A stretch of 64,000 nucleotides of DNA from assembly GCF_001194135.2 (NCBI RefSeq), contig NC_068983.1, positions 141,942,186 to 142,006,185 on the forward strand, in the 5' to 3' direction. Positions within the stretch are counted from its first letter, which is position 1. Every line of letters starts with the position of its first letter. The position numbers and the translations under genes are program-made. A model generated the notes under the pieces. That model was given only the letters and a program-made list of their open reading frames with translations, had not been told where the DNA came from and did not search any database. Shown here piece after piece: positions 39,737 to 50,574 of this stretch. Origin of the DNA: Octopus bimaculoides (Eukaryota).

Positions 39737-41413
39737 TTGTTGTGAAGATCGTCAGATGTGAAAAAATCTTACCCCATCTTTGCTCAATGTTTTTCATGTG
39801 TAACTAAAGGTAGTCATTTTCATTTTGGATTTCATTTCACACAGGGACCCTTATTGTATATTTTGGAAGGTCAACTCTCACTGGAGTTAGACAACAAGGT
39901 TGTACTTTTTTTATATTTTAATTTTTTTTTTTTTTTTCTGCTGTTTAATGCAAAGGTAAAAAATAGTTTCTTTCCTCAGATTTGTACCTTAGAAAGATTG
40001 CAGGAACAGAGCAAAAAAGAAAAAAAAAGAAATTGTCAAAAGTCTTTTAATGAGCATGAAAACAGTTGCTGAACATTTTTTCAAAATATAACTAAGAAAA
40101 ACAATACAGCAAAAATCAAATTTTTTTACAGCAACAACTACAACAGGATACATGTATGTACTGTTTCAGGCGTAAACATGAATAGTGATAAGTTGTCCAT
40201 TTTAAACATACTTCTAAACAAAAAAAAACCCTTTAATATGAACATTTTGCTAAAAGATCAGAAGCTTGGCATCATTTTTGTCTATCAGTCATAGAAGCCC
40301 ACAAAAGGTGAAAAATAATGCACTTCTACTTTGCCAAGAACACAACAGGCTTTTGTTCCATCCAAGTAAGAGTTGGAGACAGCTCTAGCAGATAAAGTGA
40401 AATCTCCTTCATTGTGAGAGGAAGAGCATATGACATACATGTTATATCTAAAAACGGAAGATAAAGCAAAAGCACAGGCCCAAATACAATTCAACACATT
40501 TGCCTATGAGCTGGTTCTGCTGTATTTGGGAAGAAGAAACACAAAAGTCATCATTAGCAATAGTGATGACAATGTCAACCTCTGGCTAGATGTCATCTTT
40601 ATGGTAAAATATGGGTAAGTGGTCAGTGGAGCTGTAACAATTGGTGACATGTGGTTAGGTGAGATCATTACAAACATATAAATCCCCATCACCCCACAAA
40701 ACTACAAAGCAATACCAGAACTGTATCCTGATCAGGGTGCTCTGAGGAAGACCTTAAAACTCACCATCTAAGGTAGACAACCCAGTGGTTACACATGCAG
40801 AAACAAAAGCCATTTGAAAGGTTTCTGCTCAAAGTTTCTATCAAAACAACAAATACTAGAGGTTGTTGGTCTTAAGGTAACAACAGATACAACTCATGAA
40901 TTGGCAAATAAAACTGCCCCATCCTCATTACAGGAGCCCACAAGAATCAAAAACCACATCCACCAGCTACAACTGACAAAGACAAGTAAAGTCACCCATG
41001 GCCAATAACAGCTAATAAGAAATAACCAGGAAGTACCCACTCAAAGCAGAACAAGCCCATCCACTTATGACAATGGAGACCAAAATTCTTCGAAAGGAAA
41101 ATAAGGTGGGTGGGAAACAAATTTAAAAACAAGAAACAAAGAAAAAAACGTTTTCAATTTTCCATTCAATAAATACTCAAAAAAATAATAAAAAGAAAGC
41201 AAATGAAAGGACTCTCAGAAAAGAATAGATGGAAGGAGATAAGAGAGCTATGTGATGTAATGACATGTCACATTATTTGACATGCAACATTTCAAAATTT
41301 ACCAGATAACAGATTTATGCATTATCAAAATTATAAGTTTTCAACTGCATTTTGCAGCTGGAGTAGAAAGATTGAGGGCTGGAGAAAGCTGTAGGAAAAA
41401 ATCAAAGACGGTG

Positions 41414-41560
41414 GAATATATTGTAGGGTTGGGTAAAAGAGTGCATATTGGAAATCTGGGACAAAAGAGTCATGTTGTAAGGTTGGGAGAAGTGACACAC
41501 ATTGCAGAGTTGGGAGAAATGGAACACATTGAAGGAATGGAAGAACACATATTTCATAGT
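41414..41560 (+). repeat. Degenerate 27-bp (9-codon) tandem repeat within a 101-aa ORF
   Basis: Units EYIVGLGKR / VHIGNLGQK / SHVVRLGEV / THIAELGEM, followed by decaying copies. Confidence 0.65.
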
Positions 41561-42322
41561 GCTGGGAGAAAAGGGTTAACATTATAGGATTGGAAGAGGT
41601 TAGTATACACCATAGGACTGGTTTAGGATGCTGAATACCCAGGTATCAGCACTGAATGGAAGTTGAATCTCAACAGAAAATATGGAAGAAAATACTTGTT
41701 TTAGTGGAAAGTCTGGAATCCAAGGAAAACTAATAAAGGTCTGCATCAGCAAACAAGAACTTGTAGAATGTTGAATAAATTTGATAGGGAATAAAAGTGA
41801 ACAAAAGAGTCATTTATTTGTTAGGTGAATACATAACACAATTGGCAGTTTCAGAGGAATAAAAACAATCATGTTATTGAAAGAGCAAAGAGAGAGATGG
41901 TAAGCAAGTGTCTAGAGAATCAGAAATGGTTTCAGATCAGCTTATTCCAAAAATGAGCAAAGACTACTGTAGTAGTAGTAGTAAGGGCAGAGAAAGGAAA
42001 CAGCACACCAGTGAGCTAAAGGTTGGAATGTGTTGATGAGTGATTTCAAGCCAATGTATAGAAAGTCTTTTAGAGATCACAGACCGAATTCAAAGTATAA
42101 CTTCATTTCTAAACTACAGGTAATAATAATGTCCTTATCCTTAATGCCACACGCAATAATCCAAGGCTTTCTTTATCGAAATAAAACTTAAATAATTTTG
42201 ATATTATAGATATATATAAAAATTTTCACAAATATTCTCAAAGTATCTCAAAGTAAAACATTATAATCACTTATTTTTAATAAAAACTATTGAATAGATC
42301 AGTAATAAAAAAGTGATCGAAT

Positions 42323-42360
<38 letters not shown>

Positions 42361-42911
42361 NNNNNNNNNNNNNNNNNNNNNNNNNNNNNNNNNNNNNNNN
42401 NNNNNNNNNNNNNNNNNNNNNNNNNNNNNNNNNNNNNNNNNNNNNNNNNNNNNNNNNNNNNNNNNNNNNNNNNNNNNNNNNNNNNNNNNNNNNNNNNNNN
42501 NNNNNNNNNNNNNNNNNNNNNNNNNNNNNNNNNNNNNNNNNNNNNNNNNNNNNNNNNNNNNNNNNNNNNNNNNNNNNNNNNNNNNNNNNNNNNNNNNNNN
42601 NNNNNNNNNNNNNNNNNNNNNNNNNNNNNNNNNNNNNNNNNNNNNNNNNNNNNNNNNNNNNNNNNNNNNNNNNNNNNNNNNNNNNNNNNNNNNNNNNNNN
42701 NNNNNNNNNNNNNNNNNNNNNNNNNNNNNNNNNNNNNNNNNNNNNNNNNNNNNNNNNNNNNNNNNNNNNNNNNNNNNNNNNNNNNNNNNNNNNNNNNNNN
42801 NNNNNNNNNNNNNNNNNNNNNNNNNNNNNNNNNNNNNNNNNNNNNNNNNNNNNNNNNNNNNNNNNNNNNNNNNNNNNNNNNNNNNNNNNNNNNNNNNNNN
42901 NNNNNNNNNNN
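42361..42911. other. Assembly gap (other gaps: 27631-27640, 45278-45287, 51256-51355, 55928-56241, 58311-58320, 58605-59246)
   Basis: N runs, most flanked by microsatellites or repeats. Confidence 1.
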
Positions 42912-42932
42912 AAACAAACGATTCTGAAACAA

Positions 42933-42966
42933 TTAACCCTAACCCTATGGTTAGGGTTAGGGTTAA
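42933..42966. repeat. Perfect 15-bp inverted repeat of telomeric hexamers
   Basis: TTAACCCTAACCCTA-TGGT-TAGGGTTAGGGTTAA. Confidence 0.85.
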
Positions 42967-44731
42967 AGCAAATTTAAAATGAAAAAAGCAAATAAAACGA
43001 AGGTATGGAGATTAAATACGCTTTACATCGCTTAATCAGCCAAAGGAGTAAATATAAACAACTGAATACTTGTCAGTGATTGGTTGAAATTATCGAAATA
43101 AGACAATTTTTTACATGAAATAAATTCGAATACAAAAATATTTTTCTGTTCTATAACACAAAATAGATAAGTATACGAAGTTTGAAAGTCTTTCCGTACC
43201 AAAAACACTACGTAAAACATTAATGAAAAATGTGGCCCCCGTTTTAAAATAGATCCCCATTTTCTTGCCCATCCCTTTCTATTGAAGGGCATAAACTCGA
43301 AACTCGAAACTAACACGCCATATGTGTTGTTCCCTCACTTGTCTCTGTCTTTTGTTTTATTTTTCTTGTGCATTTGAACCGTATACATGCACGCACGCGC
43401 GCACACTGGTATTAATAAAATTTTCCAGATATTCTAGACCTTAATAATTGCTTTCTATAAGTAAAAGCTACATAATTCCAACATTAATTAACTTTGTTTA
43501 TTACATAAAGTACATAAAAGAATATACTTATCAAATTAAATAATTGTTTAAATTTATGGCTATATTTTTCCAATTTGTTTCTCCAAAATTTGAAAATATC
43601 TTCTACAATAACTGAAATCGGCTTTTTTTTTTTTTGTTTTGTATATGCAATTAGACTGATTGACTTTGTTACTAAATGGTTGTTTTAAACAGTTACGCGA
43701 TTAACCAAATTGTGTAGTCTTTTTTTTTATGTAATTAAGCGGAATCGATTATAATAGTAAACACAAAATTATTCTTCCATCGTATAAATTCAGGAGTAGA
43801 ACAATGATGAAAAAGAAACAGAAAAGTAAAAAGAGACGTAGAAATAAAAATAAAATAAAATAAAAAGGAAACAAATGAAAGAAAAAAATATGATAAACTC
43901 AAAAAAGTTATGAATTGGAAGTCGTATCGTGAGGCTTGACCCTGAATTTGTGGATCTTGACACACTTAGTGCTAACAAATAGAAAAATAAATAGAGAGGA
44001 GGAGGGTGTGAAAGCAGAAAGAGTAAACGAGAGAAATAGTGGGAGAACGCGAAGAAACGTGGGAGAATGAAAGAGAGAGAGAGAATCGTTTATTTGTAGC
44101 CAAGTCAAGTGAGATCAAACTCAATAGTGTTATTTAGTTTCCTCTGATCTCATATTACCATTAATACTTTCTATTTCAAACATCTCGTAATGAAATCCGA
44201 CAACAGCTACGTCACTGAAAGGCTACTAAAATATCGAGCCTTTGTTAGCACGTACACAAGAAACGGAAGAGTATTGTCTGTCATAAAGTAAATACATGAC
44301 AGCGGGGGTGGGGAAAGTAGATGTCCCAGGGGAGCATTCTGCAAACTTAATACAAACACTGTAAAACTTCACATATGCAACATAATGAACTGAAAAGAAT
44401 TCGGTGAAATTATTGAAACTATTATGGACGAAACTTCCTCTATGGCAATTATCTAAAACAACAAGCAAGATAAATGACAACAATACGATGAGCTTGTTTA
44501 TATTTTTTAGACAAACCAGATCATGTGGATTGCAGTGGATTTGGTATTTAAATCTATGTAGTGAAAGCGGCGGATATATTTTGCTATTTTTAGACCGCTT
44601 CAGCGGAACATGCTCTCTCTCTCTCTCTCTCTCTCTCTCCTTCTCCACACACACACACACATATCGTTTGTAGAAAACATAAATCCAGAGAAGCACACTC
44701 GATGTAGAGCAGTATATATTTTTTACTGCGA

Positions 44732-44871
44732 AAGGCCGGTTTATGGGATTTACCCTGGGTTTCCAGTCCACAAAGGGTTTAACTTTATGGCGTATCGTCA
44801 GACCCCAAAACCTGTTGGCCTAATACCTCTTCAAAATCGGGAAACCCAGGGTAATCCCATAGACTGGCCTT
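44732..44871. mobile_element. Small MITE with about 32-bp TIRs (possibly PIF/Harbinger-like)
   Basis: AAGGCCGGTTTATGGGATTTACCCTGGGTTTCC ... GGAAACCCAGGGTAATCCCATAGACTGGCCTT. The TSD is unclear. Confidence 0.7.
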
Positions 44872-45080
44872 CACCAATAACATATATATACGTATATATA
44901 TATATATATATATTACACGTGTATAAGAGATGACCACTAGGTGGACATCCAATATGCTAGAAAGAGGTCACCAACGACCCAACTACAAAGAAAAAATAAT
45001 GTTCTCCAGAACAATTTCGCAAAAACACCAGAGCAGGACAAAATGAGAAATATAAAATAAAGAATTAGCTGTGTAAAATA

Positions 45081-45115
<35 letters not shown>

Positions 45116-46257
45116 TTGAGGAGGGTATTGGATTTAACCAAACCCCGGAGGATACAGGTAATACCGAGTACCTTCCAATTTAACAACACCAAACTGGTCC
45201 TTGGTTGCCTTCAATGGTGTCCACTCTGTAAGCATTTGGAGCAGGTCTCAGCAATAACTCACATTTCCTTTCATGAGNNNNNNNNNNAAAAAAAAAAAAA
45301 AAACATTCAAACAAGAATAATGTGTTGAACATTCCTGCTACACAGTAATAGGCAAAGCCGCAGATGAATTATTTTAGACTGTACCATAGTCACGGAGAGG
45401 GGATTCAACATAAAAGTCCCGGTTTCGCTTTCATGTCTCTGGTTAAGCTAAATCAAACGCGGAATCGATTAAAACATTTATGTGGCTCCGAAGCCTTTGA
45501 CAAATTCTCTGTTGATGTCAGCTTCATATCTGGTATTGGTGGAATATTTATCAGTTTTTCTTTCCATAACTCTATGCAGACAGATTCTGTGGAAGCTTTC
45601 ATAGAAACGAAGCTTTGAAGTGACCACATTTCCCAGATGGTTTGCATTCATCTCGGCTGTTGGAGTCCATGTCTTCTAAGATGGTTTTCCGGTAGACAAT
45701 TGAAGGTTGCCAGATTGTATATATTTAGGTGTACAGAGAAAAAGAAGAAATGATGAGTAGAAGGATAAATTAAAGTGTTAAAAAGGTTTAAAGATTGCTA
45801 AGGAAATATATATATATATATGTAGAAACACGTAAAATGTAAGCTTGAATTCTTAACAAATTGAACTTTTCACTGGAGAATTTTGTTTCTCTGGTAAAAC
45901 AACACACTTGTTGGTGTAGCAATCAGAATCTTTCTTTCTCCCCTCCCTCTGTGCCATGCATACAGGCGTAGGCGATTATGGACGTGAACGACCTCATATC
46001 CAACATGTTAAAAGGAATCCTTTAGTTGTCATACGTATAGTTTTCCAAAACAGCTGTCATTCTGTTTCAGGGACTTAGGAACTATGAACATTGCTACATT
46101 AACTTTTCCTCTCACATACGAAGAGTCAGTGTCTGCTATTTTGCTATGTAAGTGAGCGCCAGTAGGGAATCATTTACATCACAAATGCTATTTAAAAAGG
46201 CATGAATATTACACCAGTATCTCTTCCTATAAATATAAAATGCCATAATTGTTCTGC

Positions 46258-46293
<36 letters not shown>

Positions 46294-46349
46294 ATCTCTA
46301 TGTATGTACACACACACACACACACACTCATACATGATGCAGCCAAACC

Positions 46350-47096
46350 AAGTAATGATATCTTGAATGCATTTATAAAGTACGTTTCAGATAATTGTGC
46401 AATAGGTAAAAAAGGGAATCTCATCTCTTTCGCAAAACGTTTCTCAATTAAGACATAACAAAATATGAACAAATTAATGGAATTCACCCTTTATATACGG
46501 TCGGGGCACTTTATGTCGCCTACAAGATAATGGGAGGACATGGCCAGGAGCGATAGAATATTTACAGGGAGGCAAGTGGAAGAATATTTACAGGGAGGAA
46601 AGAGGGAGAGAGAATAAAGAATAAAACTAGTATGAGGTAGAATAAAATAAGATTAAGAAAACTGAAAAATAGAAACATAGAACGAAGTCAATGCAAAATA
46701 AGTTATAAGTAAATAATTTCATAAGATAAAAGCATAGTTATGAACATATCCATTAGGATCTCTAATCTTTCTGCCAACTAAAAGATATTACAAAATAATG
46801 CAGAATGTTACATTGAAGTCCTTAAACGAAGTGCTTAGGATCAAATGATGTTATACCACAACAGTACAAAACTTAAGTAGGCTACTTGTACTTATATTAC
46901 TGTGTAACACGATTTTAGTCCTTTGGTAGCAACTGATATTTCCTATATAAGTGCTCCAACCGGATATAAAGAGGGAATTCCATTAATTTGTTCAGACCTT
47001 GAGATACATTTTGCGAAAGAGACGAAATTCTCTTTTTTACCTATTGTGCAATTATCTGAAACGAACGTTTTAAATGCATTCAAAATATCATTACTT
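46350..47096. mobile_element. Foldback/long-TIR non-autonomous element
   Basis: Arms 46350-46511 and 46949-47096 are imperfect inverted copies. The ORF track shows the same peptide FAKE..F.FLPI.QLSET...NAFKISLL on opposite strands. Confidence 0.75.
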
Positions 47097-47479
47097 CTAG
47101 AAAGTATGAAAAATGGGTAAAATTTCCTTCAAACTTTGCTTTTGTTATTTTTATTCAAACTCCGAAGAATCCCTCTCAACACATGATTATGATGCTCCCC
47201 AACTACTGCTCATGATCAGAGATGTACATATTGCTAGTCACTAACGGACATACTCAAGTGGTTAAGGTCAAGGAAATTGACAAGCAAATCTGTGGTATTA
47301 GACAGAATATATGCTATAACGATATTTCTGCTTCAGCAACCCAGCGCCGAATCTATCCGAAATGTAATAGGAAGTGTAATCTACGATAGAATAATAGGAA
47401 GATGAAATGAGAAGGAGATAGTAGTGAAGCTCAGAATGCTGAGCTCCGCATAGCTACATAAAACTCTGGAGCCTGCTGC

Positions 47480-47982
47480 AGGCATACAAACATCAACAAA
47501 CCAAGGAAGCGCAAAATATGTTGGTATAACTTTCCCTTCCTCCCTTCGCTAATAACACCCAAAATCTATATTCCGAAGGCTTTTTGAATTCTGTAAAGAA
47601 AAATCCACCCCCCCCCTCATCATAGGTACAATGTAATATTTAATAGAAAAATCTCTAAATTATCCTACTCAACGACTGAATTTAGAAGCCATTATCGCTG
47701 TATCTAATAATATGAACAAGCTAAAAATCTCACCCTGTTAGCCAACGCGAGAATATTAAAGCCCGTACCTCCATGTCGTGTACTAGCAGTCGCAAACATG
47801 CTACCGCTGACTCTGATACTACCACAACCCCCAAAACTGAGCCAAATACTCACCTACTACTACCAGAAACTATAGATAACGGGCCTCCTATACAAACATC
47901 AACAACCCATTCACTAGGACACAGGTCTAATAGCAAACCTGGGAAAAAAAAGTGTCTCAAAAGGCTGGAATAATACATATAA
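47480..47982 (+). mobile_element. Penelope-like element coding remnant (region between RT and GIY-YIG)
   Basis: Frameshifted peptides KPRKRKICWYNFPF, FLNSVKKNPP and HHRYNVIFNRKISKLSYS match the recalled PLE consensus RKRxIIWFNPPF..FLxLxDKHFP..HxLxKIFNRNTxKxSYS. Confidence 0.7.
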
Positions 47983-48719
47983 TGTGCCAGTTGGAAGGGA
48001 GACACACACCGAATAGGTGTTCAAGAGAAGATTTATTGATATGTCAACATGTGTATTTGTGTGCGCGTCATGTATACAGGCCATCATGAGAACAAAATGT
48101 GTGTATAGGCATGGATGTATGCGTGTGCGTTAAGTACATATAAGAATAAAAATGAAGACAGTGAGAGAGTCTATAATGAGAAGTTAGACGAATGTTCATA
48201 GACGCTAGAAATGAGAGTACCAGTTCGTAGTCAATTGTACAAGGTGATTGAAATACTGTATCAAGAAGTTGCGATGATAATGCAGAGCCGGAGCGGTACG
48301 TGTTGTACGAAGCTGTGGCTGTAATGCTGCTTCCTGATTCACTTGTACAGGAGTTCTCGCAGGTTGTATATTCGCTGTTAACCATAGTGAAGTAATTCAC
48401 GAACAGTGCTGTGTTGAAACCTGGCGTGTTGCTGTTGGACGGAGGTTGTCGCTCGAACTGGCCGTGTCTTGTGTAGTCAGTGGGTAGAACTTAAAATCAA
48501 AGACTTCAAGACGAGGAGATGAGTTTTTATAAGGAACAGTGGGCTCAAACGGGATTGAGAACAGGCTGTCTCACGTGATCTTATTTAGGGGATCCGGTTG
48601 GTTATACTCTGCATAATGGCGCGACAGAGTAAGAGACAAATTGCTCAATACCAACCAATCAGAGTAGTAGACACATATATAATAAAGGGGAGAGGAACTT
48701 CACTCGAGTGCACGCTACA
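47983..48719 (-). mobile_element. Solo-LTR-like segment
   Basis: TG...CA termini. On the minus strand the order is CCAAT box (48655), TATAAAAA (48531-48524), AATAAA (48037-48032). No TSD was found. Confidence 0.4.
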
Positions 48720-48805
48720 GCTATATACATATTTCAAAATGTAACCACATGTGAATCGTTGGTGATTATTTTTCCTCCGTCTCCCTTTTCTATTGGATTT
48801 CCTCT

Positions 48806-48840
48806 GTTTCTAAAGAAGAGCTCTGCTCGAAACGTAAAAC
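48806..48840 (+). ncRNA. Minimal type I hammerhead-ribozyme-like motif 1 (PLE-associated)
   Basis: GTTT-CTAAAGA-A-GAG(CTCTG)CTC-GAAA-CG-TA-AAAC. Stem I GUUU/AAAC, stem II GAG/CUC, palindromic ACGU in place of stem III, core G5->A mismatch. Confidence 0.6.
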
Positions 48841-48982
48841 CACCATTCTTACCTTCCCTGAAAGTCTGCTATTACTTAACATGTACCACGTCCTCGCGTT
48901 TTTTTTTTTTGTGTGTTTGTTCTTCGTTTTTTGGATTTACTAATATATATATATATATATCTTTTTTTTCTCTCTCCTTGTT

Positions 48983-49021
48983 TCTTTCTGTGGAAGAGCA
49001 TAGGCGTCGAAACGTTAAAGA
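48983..49021 (+). ncRNA. Minimal type I hammerhead-ribozyme-like motif 2
   Basis: TCTTT-CTGTGGA-A-GAGC(ATAG)GCGTC-GAAA-CG-TT-AAAGA. Stem I UCUUU/AAAGA, stem II GAGC/GC(G)UC, palindromic ACGU, core A6->U deviation. Confidence 0.6.
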
Positions 49022-49112
49022 CTTTTTCAATTCCCGAGCGTTATACTAATACATCTATTTGTTTTCTTCACCACCTATCTTCGTCTGTTTTTTTGTTTTT
49101 TTAGTGAATTCT

Positions 49113-49149
<37 letters not shown>

Positions 49150-49229
49150 GAAAAATGTATGGTAAATAAACAAACGACATAACGTATACTGAGTGTACAA
49201 CCGGATGGGAGACAAACACAGAAGGTCCC

Positions 49230-49925
49230 TAATTGTTCATCAGTTATCAACCAATTGGTAATACTCAGTTTCGTGGAGCTGCACCAGGCTCCATCGACTG
49301 TTCTGGCATGGTTTCTGCGACTAGTTGCCCTTCGTAAAGCCAACCACTCTACAGAGAGTATCGGGTGCTTTTTACGTGGGACCAGGACCGATATCAATTC
49401 TGCAGTCGTGGACGGGTCTTCTTGAGTACAGCAAAGCACCAGATATCTCGGTCTTTTGTTATCTCCTTCATAAGTCTAAGTATCTTGAGATCAGCTTTCA
49501 ATACTGGGTCTCCCTCTTCCACAACTTCTATTCTCTTTAAGTGAAGGGTATTTCTGTATGCAACTATCTACATCTGTACACATCGCATGACCAAACCACC
49601 GCAGTCTTTTCTCTTGCACAATGCGTCTAATTCCTTTTATGCCTAACCTTTCTCTCAGAACACTAGTGCTCTGTCGGACATGTACACTGACATTCATTTT
49701 CAGAGCATGCAAGCTTCATTTCTTTTTAGCCTTCGCATGTCCTCTGATTTCAGGGTCCACGCCTCGCTACTATGTAGCGTTGTTCTTCGAGTACATGCAT
49801 ATACAATCTTACTTTCACTCAGAGAAATAGGAAAACGACCTACCCCATTGTTGTCATCAGAGATATGTACCGTTACGAATTTTAAGCAATTGGCCGTGAT
49901 AACCTGGAAATATGACACTTGGCCT
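49230..49925 (-). mobile_element. RTE LINE 3' fragment (divergent subfamily)
   Basis: Minus ORFs LHSSEAWTLKSEDMRRLKRNEACML and LRERLGIKGIRRIVQEKRLRWFGH..CGRGRP, followed by 3' UTR-like sequence. Confidence 0.85.
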
Positions 49926-50205
49926 ACATGACTCGCATATACTTTCAGAGTGTACACTCTTGTGTTTGAGCGTTTACTTTCGTTCGTTCACCCACTTTTA
50001 CACGCGCGCACGCGCACACACACACACACACACACACACCTTTTGCGGTATTGGCTCACACAGTGAATAGAGTTTATACTATATGGCGAAACATCAAGGG
50101 TCACTTTTACTGTTTGTATTTGACTCTAAATTTCTGAATCCTATATCAGATAACGTTTTAATTAACGTTTAACACACACAAAATATGTTTGACATCTCTA
50201 TATTG

Positions 50206-50292
50206 CGCGGGCGTGGCGGTGTGGTATGAAGTTCGCTTTCCAACCACATGGTTCATGGTTCAAGTCCACTGCGTGGCACCGTGGGCAAGTAT
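50206..50292 (+). mobile_element. tRNA-derived SINE head
   Basis: GCGGGCGTGGCGGTGTGGTATGAAG..GGTTCAAGTCCACTGCGTGGCACCGTGGGCAAGT (A/B boxes). Confidence 0.7.
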
Positions 50293-50309
50293 CACACACA
50301 GACGCACAG

Positions 50310-50355
<46 letters not shown>

Positions 50356-50357
<2 letters not shown>

Positions 50358-50534
50358 TTTTATTTGTTTCAGTTGACTGGAGCCATGCTGGAGCACCGCC
50401 TTTAGTCGAACAAAGCGACTCCAGGACTTATTCTTTGTAAGCCTAGTACTTATTCTGTTGGTCTCTTTTGCCGAACCGCTAGCTTTCGGAGACGTAAACA
50501 CACCAACATCGGTTATCAAGCGATGGTGGGGGGA

Positions 50535-50537
<3 letters not shown>
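50356..50537 (-). mobile_element. Common octopus-type SINE-like repeat
   Basis: GCCATGCTGGAGCACCGCCTTTAGTCGA..CCAGGACTTATTCTTTGTAAGCCTAGTACTTATTC..GCCGAACCGCTA. A short relative lies near 5880. The family is recognised from memory. Confidence 0.65.

Positions 50538-50574
<37 letters not shown>

Noticed and set aside
42933-42966. Telomere fusion scar
   Set aside because: Fusion gives TTAGGG followed by CCCTAA. Here the order is reversed and there are only two units per arm.
44226-44933. 181-aa and overlapping ORFs
   Set aside because: They run through (GA)n/(CA)n microsatellites and a MITE, with no recognisable domain.
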